Of a stretch of DNA of 64,000 nt, positions 9,801-19,043 are shown one piece after another. The translations under genes were made by a program, and so were the position numbers. This DNA is from an uncultured Clostridia bacterium. GTDB taxonomy: Bacteria; Bacillota; Clostridia; TANB77; CAG-508. Position 1 is the first letter of the stretch. Each line of letters starts with the position of its first letter. A model generated the notes under the pieces. The model was given only the letters and a program-made list of their open reading frames with translations, did not search any database and was not told where the DNA came from. Location of the stretch: NCBI GenBank assembly GCA_934162535.1, contig CAKPJC010000006.1, positions 12,148 through 76,147 of the forward strand. The letters run 5' to 3'.

Positions 9801-10480
9801 ATTATTGAGTCTTCTAGTATTTCTTCTACTTGTTTTAATAATAGTTTTCCCCACATTGTTTCTGAAAAGTCTTGTTCTATCTTTTCTTCAAGATTGAACA
9901 TTTCTATTTTTTCTTTTAGCCATTTTTCTGGAAATGGATTACTTTGAATGTATGTATATATTTTTAGTATAAGTTCTTTTAGTGGTGTGTCATCTTTGTA
10001 GCTTGTATATGTTGTTATTAGTTGCTGGAAGTCTTTGTCCTCTGCTTCATATTTTTCTTCAAATATTTCTTCTATTACATCTTGTTTTAGTATTTCTATT
10101 TCTGTGTTGTCTCCTATTCTGAAGTTTGGCGATATGTCTATTTCAAAAAAGTTGTTTTTTACTACGTCTAAACAAAATGAGTCTATTGTACATATGCTTG
10201 ATTTGTTTAATAGTGTTATTTGCTTTTGTAGCTTTTCGTTTTCTGGATTTTCTTCCATTTTTTTGTATATCGCATTTAGTACTCTTTCTCTCATTTCTGA
10301 TGCAGATGCGTTTGTGAATGTTACTACTAACAACTTGTCTATGTCGATGTTTTCGTTTATTATTTTGTTTATTATTCTTTCTACTAATACTGCTGTTTTT
10401 CCACTTCCTGCTGCCGCAGATACTAGTATGTTTTTACCTTTTTCATATATGGCTTGTTTTTGTTCTTTTGTCCACTCCAT
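6872..10480 (-). CDS. addA: ATP-dependent helicase/nuclease subunit A (AddA)
   Basis: 1202 aa. UvrD-type N-terminus WTKEQKQAI...VSAAAGSGKT, DEYQDSN, and a C-terminal PD-(D/E)xK nuclease block GIIDLYY...LVDYKTD. Confidence 0.9.
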   Translation of the reverse strand: MEWTKEQKQAIYEKGKNILVSAAAGSGKTAVLVERIINKIINENIDIDKLLVVTFTNASASEMRERVLNAIYKKMEENPENEKLQKQITLLNKSSICTIDSFCLDVVKNNFFEIDISPNFRIGDNTEIEILKQDVIEEIFEEKYEAEDKDFQQLITTYTSYKDDTPLKELILKIYTYIQSNPFPEKWLKEKIEMFNLEEKIEQDFSETMWGKLLLKQVEEILEDSIIKLSKEKQQLAKYEELTKYYQIINDDIEQIEMLKCNLDKWDKAFEIVRNINFKTWTANKRIVIEEKEIAKQIRDGVKSEYKKITDKILIVNSKEANEDINEMYEILKKLGNIILEFEEKFSKRKKEKNIVDFHDVEHFALKILLTENNEPTEIAKKYQQKFEEIAIDEYQDSNLVQEYILTAVSRGNNMFMVGDVKQSIYRFRQARPDLFLGKYKKYKLKEDLQPNDDLKIQLFKNFRSRKEVLDFSNEIFTNIMTEKLGELDYTKEEYLNLGANYENTNENLKTEIDILNIGEEEKETIEYAEETEEDDEIEETERIEDIELEARFVAQRIKELINNKFQIYDAKKQEKRDIKYKDIVILLRSTKEPAPVFEKEILKLDMPVFSDSSSEYLESIEIQTIMSLLKIIDNPLQEIPLVAVMRSNIGEFTDNDLVQIRLSDKYDGFYNTLLKAKKDVNKTLREKIEVFLNKLEMWRKEQEYLSLDELIWKIYNDTGYYDYVGLMTNGELRQANLKMLFERAKQYESISFKGLFNFINYIEKVKTSSKDMDSAKIIGENENVIRIMSIHKSKGLEFPVVFISGTGKQFNMQDLNNKILIHPEIGIGVKYIDYNKQIEYDTLSKQAMKEKIKIETISEEMRILYVALTRAKEKLIITGYSRKEKEKELREAIDKYGKVNYIILKKYISYLDWIRLVYMSATEEMEQLAEIKTYEKSQIIKNKNEEKTEMPNSKELKEKLQQKELDQKKYQEIVNLLEYKYKNEIATTIPNKTSVSEIKQMKSNKQEQTIVEIPKPNFLQVSNEEKITNAEKGTLIHLCLQRIKISKKEYTIDDIRKYILELKEKNIINDKEYDAINIVKIYNFTKSGIWKELIEAKKIEREKPFFINVPAKEIYEKELEEKLLVQGIIDLYYINKNDELVLVDYKTDYVENKDEQMLIDKYQIQLKLYRQTLEQALNRKVDKVYIYSTYLDKEIILKELN

Positions 10481-10542
10481 GTTATTCTCCTAAATTTTTA
10501 TTTCATATCTGTTATACCATATTTTTTTGTTTTTTACAACAT

Positions 10543-10571
10543 TTGCATTTTTTTCTAGCTTATGGTATAAT
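10543..10571 (+). promoter_or_regulatory. promoter of the 111-aa plus-strand ORF
   Basis: TTGCAT (10543-10548), 17 nt, TATAAT (10566-10571) with an upstream TG. Confidence 0.5.
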
Positions 10572-10611
10572 ATGTAATGTGTTAATTATAACATAAAAAG
10601 AGGTGTAATAT

Positions 10612-10947
10612 ATGACATTATTAGCAATAATATATGTATTAGTATTTATAATTTTTGCTTTATGTGCATATGCAGTAATGCAAATCAAATTAGCTGGAAT
10701 ACAAGTAAAGGACTTTTGGTCATTTATTGAAGCTAACCAAATTCTAGACAAATTATATGAATTTTCTAAACGTTATAAAACTTTAACTCCCCAACAGCAA
10801 GTTGTATACTTGTTAGAGGCAGAAAAAGTATTTAACGCTTTTGATAAAATTCCTAATATTATTTGGGAAGATGAATTCAAAAAATATGATGAAGTTCTAA
10901 AGAAATATAAAGAAATAAAAATAGATAGATGGGTATCAAATTCTTAA
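10612..10947 (+). CDS. hypothetical small membrane protein
   Basis: 111 aa with an N-terminal TM helix, RBS gaggtg, and its own promoter. It is one of the few credible plus-strand genes. Confidence 0.5.
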   Translation: MTLLAIIYVLVFIIFALCAYAVMQIKLAGIQVKDFWSFIEANQILDKLYEFSKRYKTLTPQQQVVYLLEAEKVFNAFDKIPNIIWEDEFKKYDEVLKKYKEIKIDRWVSNS

Positions 10948-13385
10948 TACCCATCTATTATTATTTCTCCATTTTTCATAGTAATTGTAGAAGTCTTGTC
11001 CGGTACTATTGTTCCATCAAGTATTTCTTCTGCAATTCTATTTTCTATTTTATTTTGTATTGTTCTTCGTAAAGGTCTTGCACCCAATGTATGGTCTGCA
11101 CCTTGTTTTGTTATATAATCTATAACACTTTCATCAATTGAAATATAATATCTTTTTTCTTTTAGTCTTTCTTCTATCTGTTTTATCATTTTTTTACCAA
11201 TTGTTTTTAACTCTTGGTCTGTCAGCTTTTGGAATACTATTATTTCATCTATTCTATTTATAAATTCCGGTCTAAATTCTCTTTTTAATTCTTGTATAAC
11301 TTCCCTTTTTATTTCTTGATTTTCCTTTTTTTCGTTTTCTTCTTTATTTTCTCCAAATCCAAGCATTTTCTTTTCAGTTATATTTCTCGCTCCTATATTT
11401 GATGTCATAATTATTATTGTGTTTTTAAAATCGATTCTCCTTCCTTGTGAGTCTGTTAATTGTCCATCTTCGAGTATCTGTAATAATATATTCATTACGT
11501 CTGTATGTGCTTTTTCTATCTCGTCAAATAATATTACTGAATATGGCTTTCTTTTTATCTTTTCTGTTAGCTGTCCTCCATTATCATATCCAACATATCC
11601 TGGTGGTGAACCTATTAATTTTGACACTGAATGTGCTTCCATATATTCTGACATATCAAGTCTTATCATTGATTTTTCATCTTCAAATAATATTTGCGTT
11701 AGTGCTTTTGACAATTCTGTTTTTCCTACTCCTGTCGGTCCTAAAAATAAGAATGAACCTATTGGTCTATTTGGGTCTTGAAGTCCAAGTCTTCCCCTTT
11801 TTATTGCTTTTGCAATTGCATTAACTGCTTCTTCTTGTCCAACAATTCTTTCATGTAATTTTTCTTCTAAATGCCTTAGTTTCTCATTATCATTTTCTGT
11901 TAGTTTTTGTATAGGTATTCCTGTCCATTTTGAGATTATTTCTGCTATGTTTTCTTCTCCAATTTCTACTATGTCTGTTGTTTTTTTCTTTCTCCAATCA
12001 TTTAAGATTTTTTCCAGTTTGTTTTTTGCTTCTTTTTCTCTATCTCTTATTTGTCCTGCTTTTTCAAATTCTTGATTAAATATTGCTTCTTCTTTTTCTT
12101 TTAACATTATATCTATTTTTTCTTGTAATATTTTTATTTCTTCTGGTTCTTTATATATTTTCATTCTTATTTGTGATGATGCCTCATCTATTAAGTCTAT
12201 TGCTTTGTCTGGTAAAAATCTATCTGTTATATATCTTGTTGATAATTCCACTGCTGATTTTATTGCTTCGTCTGTTATTTTAACATTGTGATGTGCTTCA
12301 TATTTGTCTCTAATTCCTTTTAATATTTGTACAGCTTGTTTTTTTGTTGGTTCATTTATTCTTACTACACTAAATCTTCTTTCTAGTGCTTGGTCTTTTT
12401 CTATATATTTTCTGTATTCATCTGTTGTAGTTGCTCCTATTACTTGTATCTCCCCTCTTGCTAATAATGGTTTTAGTATATTTCCAGCATCTATTGCCCC
12501 TTCTGCTGCACCTGCTCCAACTATTGTATGTACCTCATCTATGAATAATATTATTGTTCCTACTTTTTTTACTTCTCCTAATGCTTTTTTTAGTCTTTCT
12601 TCAAAATCTCCCCTGTATTTTGCACCTGCAACCATCCCTGATATATCTACACTTACTATTCTTTTTTCTTTTAATATTTCTGGTACATCTCCCACTACTA
12701 TTTTTTCTGCTAGTCCTTCTATTATTGCTGTTTTTCCTACTCCTGGCTCTCCTATTAAACATGGATTGTTTTTTGTTCTCCTTGATAGTATTTGTATTAT
12801 TCTCTCTATTTCTTTTTCTCTTTCTACAACATTGTCAAATTTTCCATTTTCTGCTTGTGTTGTTATGTCTTCACCAAATTGATTTAGTGTAGGTGTTAAT
12901 GCAGTACTTCCAATTTCTTTTGGTTTTTTTATATATAGTTCTTGATCTAGCTCTTCTTCATTTATTACATTTGATATTTCACTATATATTTTCGATATTT
13001 CTACATTTGATTCTGTTATGATTCTTGTTGCAATACTATCTGTTTCTTTTAATATTGCAAGTAACAGGTGCTCTGTTCCTATAAAGTTATATCCTATTTT
13101 TTTGGCTTCTATGAATGCATTTTCAAGTATTTTTTTGGCTCTTGGCGTAAAGCCTAATGATTGTTTTATTTCTTTTCCTCTTCCTAGCATTTCTTCTATT
13201 TTTTTTACGACTTTTTCTTCTGTTATTCCTTTATTCATTAGTACTTTAGATGCTATTCCTTCTCCTTCTTTTATTAATCCATATAATATGTGCTCTGTTC
13301 CTATATAATTATGTCCTAATTCTAATGATATGTCATTTGCTATCTCTATTGATTTTTTTGCTCTGTTTGTGAATTTATATATCAT
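10944..13385 (-). CDS. clpC: ATP-dependent Clp protease ATP-binding subunit ClpC
   Basis: 813 aa with two Clp_N repeats, Walker A motifs GEPGVGKT and GPTGVGKT, and a UVR-like linker (FEKAGQIRDREKE). Confidence 0.93.
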   Translation of the reverse strand: MIYKFTNRAKKSIEIANDISLELGHNYIGTEHILYGLIKEGEGIASKVLMNKGITEEKVVKKIEEMLGRGKEIKQSLGFTPRAKKILENAFIEAKKIGYNFIGTEHLLLAILKETDSIATRIITESNVEISKIYSEISNVINEEELDQELYIKKPKEIGSTALTPTLNQFGEDITTQAENGKFDNVVEREKEIERIIQILSRRTKNNPCLIGEPGVGKTAIIEGLAEKIVVGDVPEILKEKRIVSVDISGMVAGAKYRGDFEERLKKALGEVKKVGTIILFIDEVHTIVGAGAAEGAIDAGNILKPLLARGEIQVIGATTTDEYRKYIEKDQALERRFSVVRINEPTKKQAVQILKGIRDKYEAHHNVKITDEAIKSAVELSTRYITDRFLPDKAIDLIDEASSQIRMKIYKEPEEIKILQEKIDIMLKEKEEAIFNQEFEKAGQIRDREKEAKNKLEKILNDWRKKKTTDIVEIGEENIAEIISKWTGIPIQKLTENDNEKLRHLEEKLHERIVGQEEAVNAIAKAIKRGRLGLQDPNRPIGSFLFLGPTGVGKTELSKALTQILFEDEKSMIRLDMSEYMEAHSVSKLIGSPPGYVGYDNGGQLTEKIKRKPYSVILFDEIEKAHTDVMNILLQILEDGQLTDSQGRRIDFKNTIIIMTSNIGARNITEKKMLGFGENKEENEKKENQEIKREVIQELKREFRPEFINRIDEIIVFQKLTDQELKTIGKKMIKQIEERLKEKRYYISIDESVIDYITKQGADHTLGARPLRRTIQNKIENRIAEEILDGTIVPDKTSTITMKNGEIIIDGY

Positions 13386-13584
13386 CTTTTTCTTTTCTCC
13401 TTTCTTTTGTCATTTCATTCATTTCTTTTGCTTTTTCCTTTTGCTTCTCTATTGGTAACCATTCAAAGTATGATGTTATAAATTCCCCATATTTTGTTGT
13501 ATTTTCTTTTTTCTCTTTTTCTTCCATAAAAAAATAGCCCCTCCCTTCTATTAAGGTATGTGCTATTTTTTTATTTTTATTCAT
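13375..13584 (-). CDS. hypothetical Lys/Glu-rich small protein, overlaps the clpC start
   Basis: 69-aa ORF (possibly starting at the internal MEEKEKK). Its ATG directly abuts the stop of a 24-codon ORF. Confidence 0.3.
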   Translation of the reverse strand: MNKNKKIAHTLIEGRGYFFMEEKEKKENTTKYGEFITSYFEWLPIEKQKEKAKEMNEMTKERRKEKDDI

Positions 13585-13659
13585 TTATTCTTTTATTCCG
13601 AATAATAATTTTACTATTCCTCTTAAACATTTTGGGACTTTTTTTACTACTATAGTCAT
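13585..13659 (-). CDS. 24-codon ORF (MTIVVKKVPKCLRGIVKLLFGIKE)
   Basis: My own translation. Strong RBS GGAGGtatacatATG. Its stop TAA is immediately followed by the ATG of the next ORF. Confidence 0.2.
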   Translation of the reverse strand: MTIVVKKVPKCLRGIVKLLFGIKE

Positions 13660-13675
13660 ATGTATACCTCCTTTT

Positions 13676-13822
13676 TTAGCAGAGTAACCATAAGATTCCA
13701 ACTAATATTACTACTATTCCTATTAGAAATAACCATCCAGCTATTGGGAGAAATAATACTAGTAATATTCCTATTCCTAATCCTACTAAACATACTCCAA
13801 ATGTCTTTTTTAAGATTTTCAT
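13676..13822 (-). CDS. 48-aa two-TM mini membrane protein
   Basis: My own translation: MKILKKTFGVCLVGLGIGILLVLFLPIAGWLFLIGIVVILVGILWLLC. RBS GGAGGaaatcataATG. Confidence 0.35.
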   Translation of the reverse strand: MKILKKTFGVCLVGLGIGILLVLFLPIAGWLFLIGIVVILVGILWLLC

Positions 13823-13908
13823 TATGATTTCCTCCAAATCTTTTAGTATATTATATTCTTTTTTATTTTTTATGTGAATTTTAACTAGGATTATACATAT
13901 GGATTTGT

Positions 13909-15807
13909 TTACATTTTATATAATTTTTCTAAAACTATTATAAACATTGCATGTGACCAACCTAAACCTAATACCCAATTTGGTTTAAGTGTTTTATTAT
14001 CTATTTGTTCACCTAAAAGGCTATGCTTACCTGCTGTTTTTAGGACAAAGTCAAATGTTTCTTTTGCTTTTTTCTTTTCTCCTATTTCTAGGTAATATAA
14101 TGTCATCCATAAATTTGCAATAGGCCATGGTGAGCCATTTCTATAATGGTCTTTTTCAAATCTTTGATAGCCACCTGTATATGTTCTTATTGTTAGATTT
14201 ATATTTTCTACCGTATTTTGTACTTTTTTCTCTTTTGGTGAAAATACACCAAATGGTATTACTGCACCTAATATGCTTATATCCATTCTTTTATCTGTAG
14301 TATTTCTTACATATGATTTTCTTGTTTCGTCATACAAGTTTGTTTCAATATATTCTTTTATTTTTAGTTTTAGTTCTGATATTTCATTAATATTTTTGCT
14401 TACTTTTTCTTCCTTTAATCTGTTATTTTCAAACTCTGAAACATTTTTTCCTAAAACATTATATATTTTTATCATTGAATCAAATGCAGAATATATACTT
14501 GCTAATGAATATAAGTGTATACCTTCACACATTTCCCATAAATCATAGCTTACATGATATATTTCTGTTCCATTTATTATGTCTTTTGTGTATCTTTTTA
14601 GGAAGTCTACTGCCTTTTCACACATATGTAAGTTTGATTTTAAGAATTCTTCACTTTTGGTATATTCGTAATGTGAATATACACCATATACAACACTTGC
14701 TGTTTCATCAATTTGGTAGCCCCAACATGGTGCAAGTTTTCCATCTGTATAAAAACGTTGCTCCCACATTCCATTTTTGCTTTGTGTCATCTTGCAAAAT
14801 GTATTATAAAATTTGTCTGTTTCTTTTGTCATTTTTAGAATATCTAGTGCTTTTGCTATAAATATTGCGTCTCTTGGCCAGCAATACGCATATCTTCCAC
14901 ATTGTGTTAAATATTCATCTATTTCTGGTGCTGCAATTATTCCTCCTGTTGTTTCATTCATTAATAATGGAAATAGTAATATACTTCTTCTGTATATATC
15001 TTGGATTTTTTCTTCATAACTACTTTCTGGTTCTTTTAGTTCAAGTCCGTTATGTTCTTTTACATATTTTCTCCAATATGATTTTACATTTGAATATTCC
15101 TTTTTTAGGTCAATCTTCTTTATTCTTTCTACTTCATTTTCGACAGCTTGTATTGTTTTTTTGTTTTCATCTATATATATACATATTTCTATTTCTCTTT
15201 TTTCTCCTGGTTTCATTATTCCAATATCAAAGCTTATACTTGAGTCTTTTGACATTCCAATATAGTCTTTATCTTGGATGTTTCCTGAATGGATATTGCT
15301 TATTGTGTCATTTATTTGGTAACTTAATAATTCTTTGTCTTTTGAAAATGTTGCAACTGAAAAATCATGTGCATATTGTATCATTCCATTATCTATTTTC
15401 ATTGCTCCAACGAAATTGTTTTGGTCTGATAGTAGTTCTGAATGAATCAAAAAGTTTACATCTAATTCAATATTTCCAACATTCATAAATGTGTATTTTT
15501 TTACAAATATGTCTTCTTTTATTGTTATAAAGTCTGTTTGTAATACCTTTAGGTTGAAATATGTGTTTGTTATTTCAGTGTTTAGTATATTTGTGTCTGT
15601 ATCATAATATTGTACATATGTGTTATTTATATCATCATGTAAATATATTAGGTCTGAATCATTTACTTTTACTCCTGTATGAAAATAGTTTAGATATTGT
15701 CTATTTTCTCTATTTGGAAATGATAACCTTAGTAACTCTCCTTTTCCTGAAAATGTTGCTAATATATCTTTGTTTCCTATTATTGCTTCATTCAAGTATT
15801 TTTCCAT
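13909..15807 (-). CDS. glycoside hydrolase family 15 (glucoamylase/glucodextranase-like)
   Basis: 632 aa with the YAYCWPRDA motif and an (alpha/alpha)6-type C-terminal half (GWSHAMF). Confidence 0.85.
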   Translation of the reverse strand: MEKYLNEAIIGNKDILATFSGKGELLRLSFPNRENRQYLNYFHTGVKVNDSDLIYLHDDINNTYVQYYDTDTNILNTEITNTYFNLKVLQTDFITIKEDIFVKKYTFMNVGNIELDVNFLIHSELLSDQNNFVGAMKIDNGMIQYAHDFSVATFSKDKELLSYQINDTISNIHSGNIQDKDYIGMSKDSSISFDIGIMKPGEKREIEICIYIDENKKTIQAVENEVERIKKIDLKKEYSNVKSYWRKYVKEHNGLELKEPESSYEEKIQDIYRRSILLFPLLMNETTGGIIAAPEIDEYLTQCGRYAYCWPRDAIFIAKALDILKMTKETDKFYNTFCKMTQSKNGMWEQRFYTDGKLAPCWGYQIDETASVVYGVYSHYEYTKSEEFLKSNLHMCEKAVDFLKRYTKDIINGTEIYHVSYDLWEMCEGIHLYSLASIYSAFDSMIKIYNVLGKNVSEFENNRLKEEKVSKNINEISELKLKIKEYIETNLYDETRKSYVRNTTDKRMDISILGAVIPFGVFSPKEKKVQNTVENINLTIRTYTGGYQRFEKDHYRNGSPWPIANLWMTLYYLEIGEKKKAKETFDFVLKTAGKHSLLGEQIDNKTLKPNWVLGLGWSHAMFIIVLEKLYKM

Positions 15808-15846
15808 TATAAATTCCTTTCCATTTTATCTGAATATTTATTCAGA

Positions 15847-17490
15847 TTACCCTTCTATTATATTTAATATTTGTTTTTCAAGGTCTTTCATTTTTTCGTT
15901 TATTCTAAACATGTCTTCATCTCTAAGTTGAGTATCTTCCATGTCTTGTTTAACAAATTGCTGCATATCTTGTATTTCATTTTGTAATTTGTTAAGTCTT
16001 GTAAGTATTTCTTGTTTAATTGTGTGTGGTTTTCTAATCTTTATTTTGTTTACGATTTTTAACTCATCTGCTAATTCATATGTTTCACCAAACTCAGGTA
16101 TTGTCGCATTTATTCCTGTTTCTTCAAGTATTTTGTTTCTTAATACTATTTGTGATTCTTCTTCCCCATGAACAAGGAATATGTGTTTTGGCTTTGTTCT
16201 AAATGAATATATAAAATTCATTAACCATTCTTGATCTGCATGTCCTGAATATCCTTCTATATATTCTATTCTAGCATTTACTGCAAATTCTTCTCCAAAT
16301 ATTGTTACTTTTTTAGCTCCATTTACTATTGAATATCCTAATGTTCCTGGTGCTTGGTAACCAACAAATAGTATTGTGCTGTCTGGCTTCCATATATTGT
16401 GTTTTAGATGATGTTTTATTCTTCCGACATCACACATTCCACTCGCTGATATTATTATTGATGGTTGATTTAATTCATTTAATGCCTTTGATTCATCTGC
16501 TGTTTGTGTGAATTGTAGCCCTGGGAATTCTAGTGGATTATCTCCTCTTTCCATCTCTTCTTGTATTTCTTCTTCAAATAAGTCTGTATTTTGCTTAAAT
16601 ATTTCTGTTGCTGATATTGCAAGTGGGCTATCAACAAATACAGGTACTTTCATTAATGTACTGTATTTTCTTTTGAATTCTTCATCATCAGTATTTTCTT
16701 TTATTTTGTTTAGTTCATATAGTATTTCTTGTGTTCTTCCAACTGCAAATGATGGTATTACAACTGTTCCTCCATTGTCTATTGTTTCTGATACAACATC
16801 AAGGAACATATGAGCTTTTTCATTGTTTTTTACGTGTAATCTGCTTCCATATGTTGATTCCATTACAAGATAGTCTGCATTTTCTATCATTGTTGGTGAA
16901 TCTAATAATGGTAAATCATTATTTCCTAAGTCTCCTGAAAATACTGCTTTTGTTTCTTTTCCATTTTCTGTTGCCCATACCTCTATTATGCTTGAGCCTA
17001 ACATATGTCCAGCATCATTAAATCTTACACATATATCTTCTGATACCTGTATTATTTCATCATATTGTACTGGTGTGAATATTTCTAAACAGTTTATTGC
17101 ATCTTCTGCTGTATATAAAGGTGGATATGTTTGTTCACCTTTTCTTTTTCTTTTTTTATTTTTCCATTCTGTTTCCATTTCTTGAATGTGTCCACTGTCT
17201 GGTAACATTATTCCACATAGGTCACATGTTGCTTTGTGTGCATATATAGGTCCTTTGAAACCTTCTAAGTATAGTTTTGGTATTCTTCCTGAATGGTCTA
17301 TATGTGCATGTGTTAGTAGCATGAAGTCGATTTCTGCTGGATTATATGCAAATGGTTGGTAGTTTTCTATTTCTAACTCTTTGCTTCCTTGATACATTCC
17401 ACAGTCTACTAAGAATTTTTTTCCTGCTGCTTCTACAAGAAAGTTTGAGCCTGTAACCATTTTTGCAGCTCCTAAAAATGTTATTTTCAT
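15847..17490 (-). CDS. MBL-fold metallo-hydrolase, beta-CASP RNA-metabolising family, with C-terminal coiled-coil extension
   Basis: 547 aa with THAHIDHSG, beta-CASP motifs, and ESTYG. Confidence 0.85.
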   Translation of the reverse strand: MKITFLGAAKMVTGSNFLVEAAGKKFLVDCGMYQGSKELEIENYQPFAYNPAEIDFMLLTHAHIDHSGRIPKLYLEGFKGPIYAHKATCDLCGIMLPDSGHIQEMETEWKNKKRKRKGEQTYPPLYTAEDAINCLEIFTPVQYDEIIQVSEDICVRFNDAGHMLGSSIIEVWATENGKETKAVFSGDLGNNDLPLLDSPTMIENADYLVMESTYGSRLHVKNNEKAHMFLDVVSETIDNGGTVVIPSFAVGRTQEILYELNKIKENTDDEEFKRKYSTLMKVPVFVDSPLAISATEIFKQNTDLFEEEIQEEMERGDNPLEFPGLQFTQTADESKALNELNQPSIIISASGMCDVGRIKHHLKHNIWKPDSTILFVGYQAPGTLGYSIVNGAKKVTIFGEEFAVNARIEYIEGYSGHADQEWLMNFIYSFRTKPKHIFLVHGEEESQIVLRNKILEETGINATIPEFGETYELADELKIVNKIKIRKPHTIKQEILTRLNKLQNEIQDMQQFVKQDMEDTQLRDEDMFRINEKMKDLEKQILNIIEG

Positions 17491-17503
17491 ATGTTCTCTC
17501 CTC

Positions 17504-19042
17504 TTAATTAAATATTTTTGTTTTTCTATTTAGCCTTATTTTTTCTTTTGGTTCTATTATAAATTTGTCTTCATTTATGTTTTCATCAAATATTTGTACA
17601 TAATATTTTTCAAATTCAGGTGTTATTTTGAAATATAGTTCCTCAAGTTTTATTATTCTTGTTTTTAATACATGGTCAAGTATTTCAATAGGTATTTTTA
17701 CTATAACTTTTCTGTCTATAGCCACTTGTAGTAGCTTTTCTTCTACCATCAATATTTTTTCTCGTAATTCTTCTACATCTTTTATGTTTTCCATTTTATC
17801 AAATGGCAATACCATGTAATATCTAAATTGGTAGATTTGATTCACTATTTTTTCTTCATCTTCTTTTTCTATTCCTTTTTGAAAACAGTCTAAAAATATC
17901 TGCTCAAATTGTACAATTATCTGCCTTATTTTGTTTTGATTGTATTTTATTGCTTCCAGTAAGTTTTTTCTTTCTTCTAATAATTTTTTTTCATACATAT
18001 AGTTTTCTGGGTTCATGTAATAGTTGCTTTCTTCAATTTGATTCATTAATATTTTTTTTCTGTCTACTAGTTGTTGTTTTAGTACTCTTATACTAAATAT
18101 TTTCTTTTCAAGTGGTACATCTTTGTTTCTTTTGTCATATTCAGCTTTTAATCTTGTTTCTTGACTTAGTATTTTTTCTATGCTTTTTATTTCTTTTGTT
18201 GCATTTTTCTTTTCTTCCGTATATTTTTCAATATATTTTTTTGTGTTTTTAAATTCTTCTAGTTTAAATATTATATTTTGAAGGTCTTTTTCTGCTTGTT
18301 TTTTAAATTGTTGATTATTATTTACCTCATTTATTATTGCAATTTTTGATAGTAAATCTATTAATTCTTTTGCAGTTTCTACATCATATTTTTTTTGTAG
18401 TTCTTCTTTCATTTGTTGTAAATAGTCAATTATTCCATCATTGTCTTTACACCATGAATCCATAAATTCTTTGCCAAGTAGTATTTGCAATGTTTGATAT
18501 ATAAGATTTGAATTTATATTTTCAACTTCGTTTTTTGGCGTTGTCCATGACCAACCATTGAAGTCTCTCAATACTTCTACTCTATCTATACATCTACCAG
18601 TGTTTATTAAGTTTGATAGTGCAATTGATGTCATTCCATATTTTTGATTTACTATTTTAGGGTTTCTTGATATTTTTTCTATTGCATATAATAATTTGTT
18701 TTCTATTGGATATGCAATTATTTCATTTCCATTTATATAGAATTTATCTTTTTTTATGGTTTCTTCTATTTCAATATTTTCTAATTTTTGACTAAGTTTT
18801 ACTACATTTATTGTATTACAATTTCTTTGTATGTTTTTTAGTAGTTCTTCTATATATTCTGACTGACTTGTTTTTATTGCTTTCGCATTTTTATAGTCTT
18901 TGTATGATACTTCTATTTTATATAATATTCCTTGGAGAAGATTTTTTGCATGTTCTTCTATATTCTTGTTTTCTAATATTTTTTCTAGTTCTTCATTTTT
19001 ATCCTTTTTTATTAATTTTTCTAGCATATCTTCTCCTTTCAA
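17504..19042 (-). CDS. hypothetical coiled-coil-rich protein
   Basis: 512-aa ORF with no recognisable motif. Its start overlaps the ftsK stop. Confidence 0.6.
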   Translation of the reverse strand: MKGEDMLEKLIKKDKNEELEKILENKNIEEHAKNLLQGILYKIEVSYKDYKNAKAIKTSQSEYIEELLKNIQRNCNTINVVKLSQKLENIEIEETIKKDKFYINGNEIIAYPIENKLLYAIEKISRNPKIVNQKYGMTSIALSNLINTGRCIDRVEVLRDFNGWSWTTPKNEVENINSNLIYQTLQILLGKEFMDSWCKDNDGIIDYLQQMKEELQKKYDVETAKELIDLLSKIAIINEVNNNQQFKKQAEKDLQNIIFKLEEFKNTKKYIEKYTEEKKNATKEIKSIEKILSQETRLKAEYDKRNKDVPLEKKIFSIRVLKQQLVDRKKILMNQIEESNYYMNPENYMYEKKLLEERKNLLEAIKYNQNKIRQIIVQFEQIFLDCFQKGIEKEDEEKIVNQIYQFRYYMVLPFDKMENIKDVEELREKILMVEEKLLQVAIDRKVIVKIPIEILDHVLKTRIIKLEELYFKITPEFEKYYVQIFDENINEDKFIIEPKEKIRLNRKTKIFN

Positions 19043-19043
19043 T

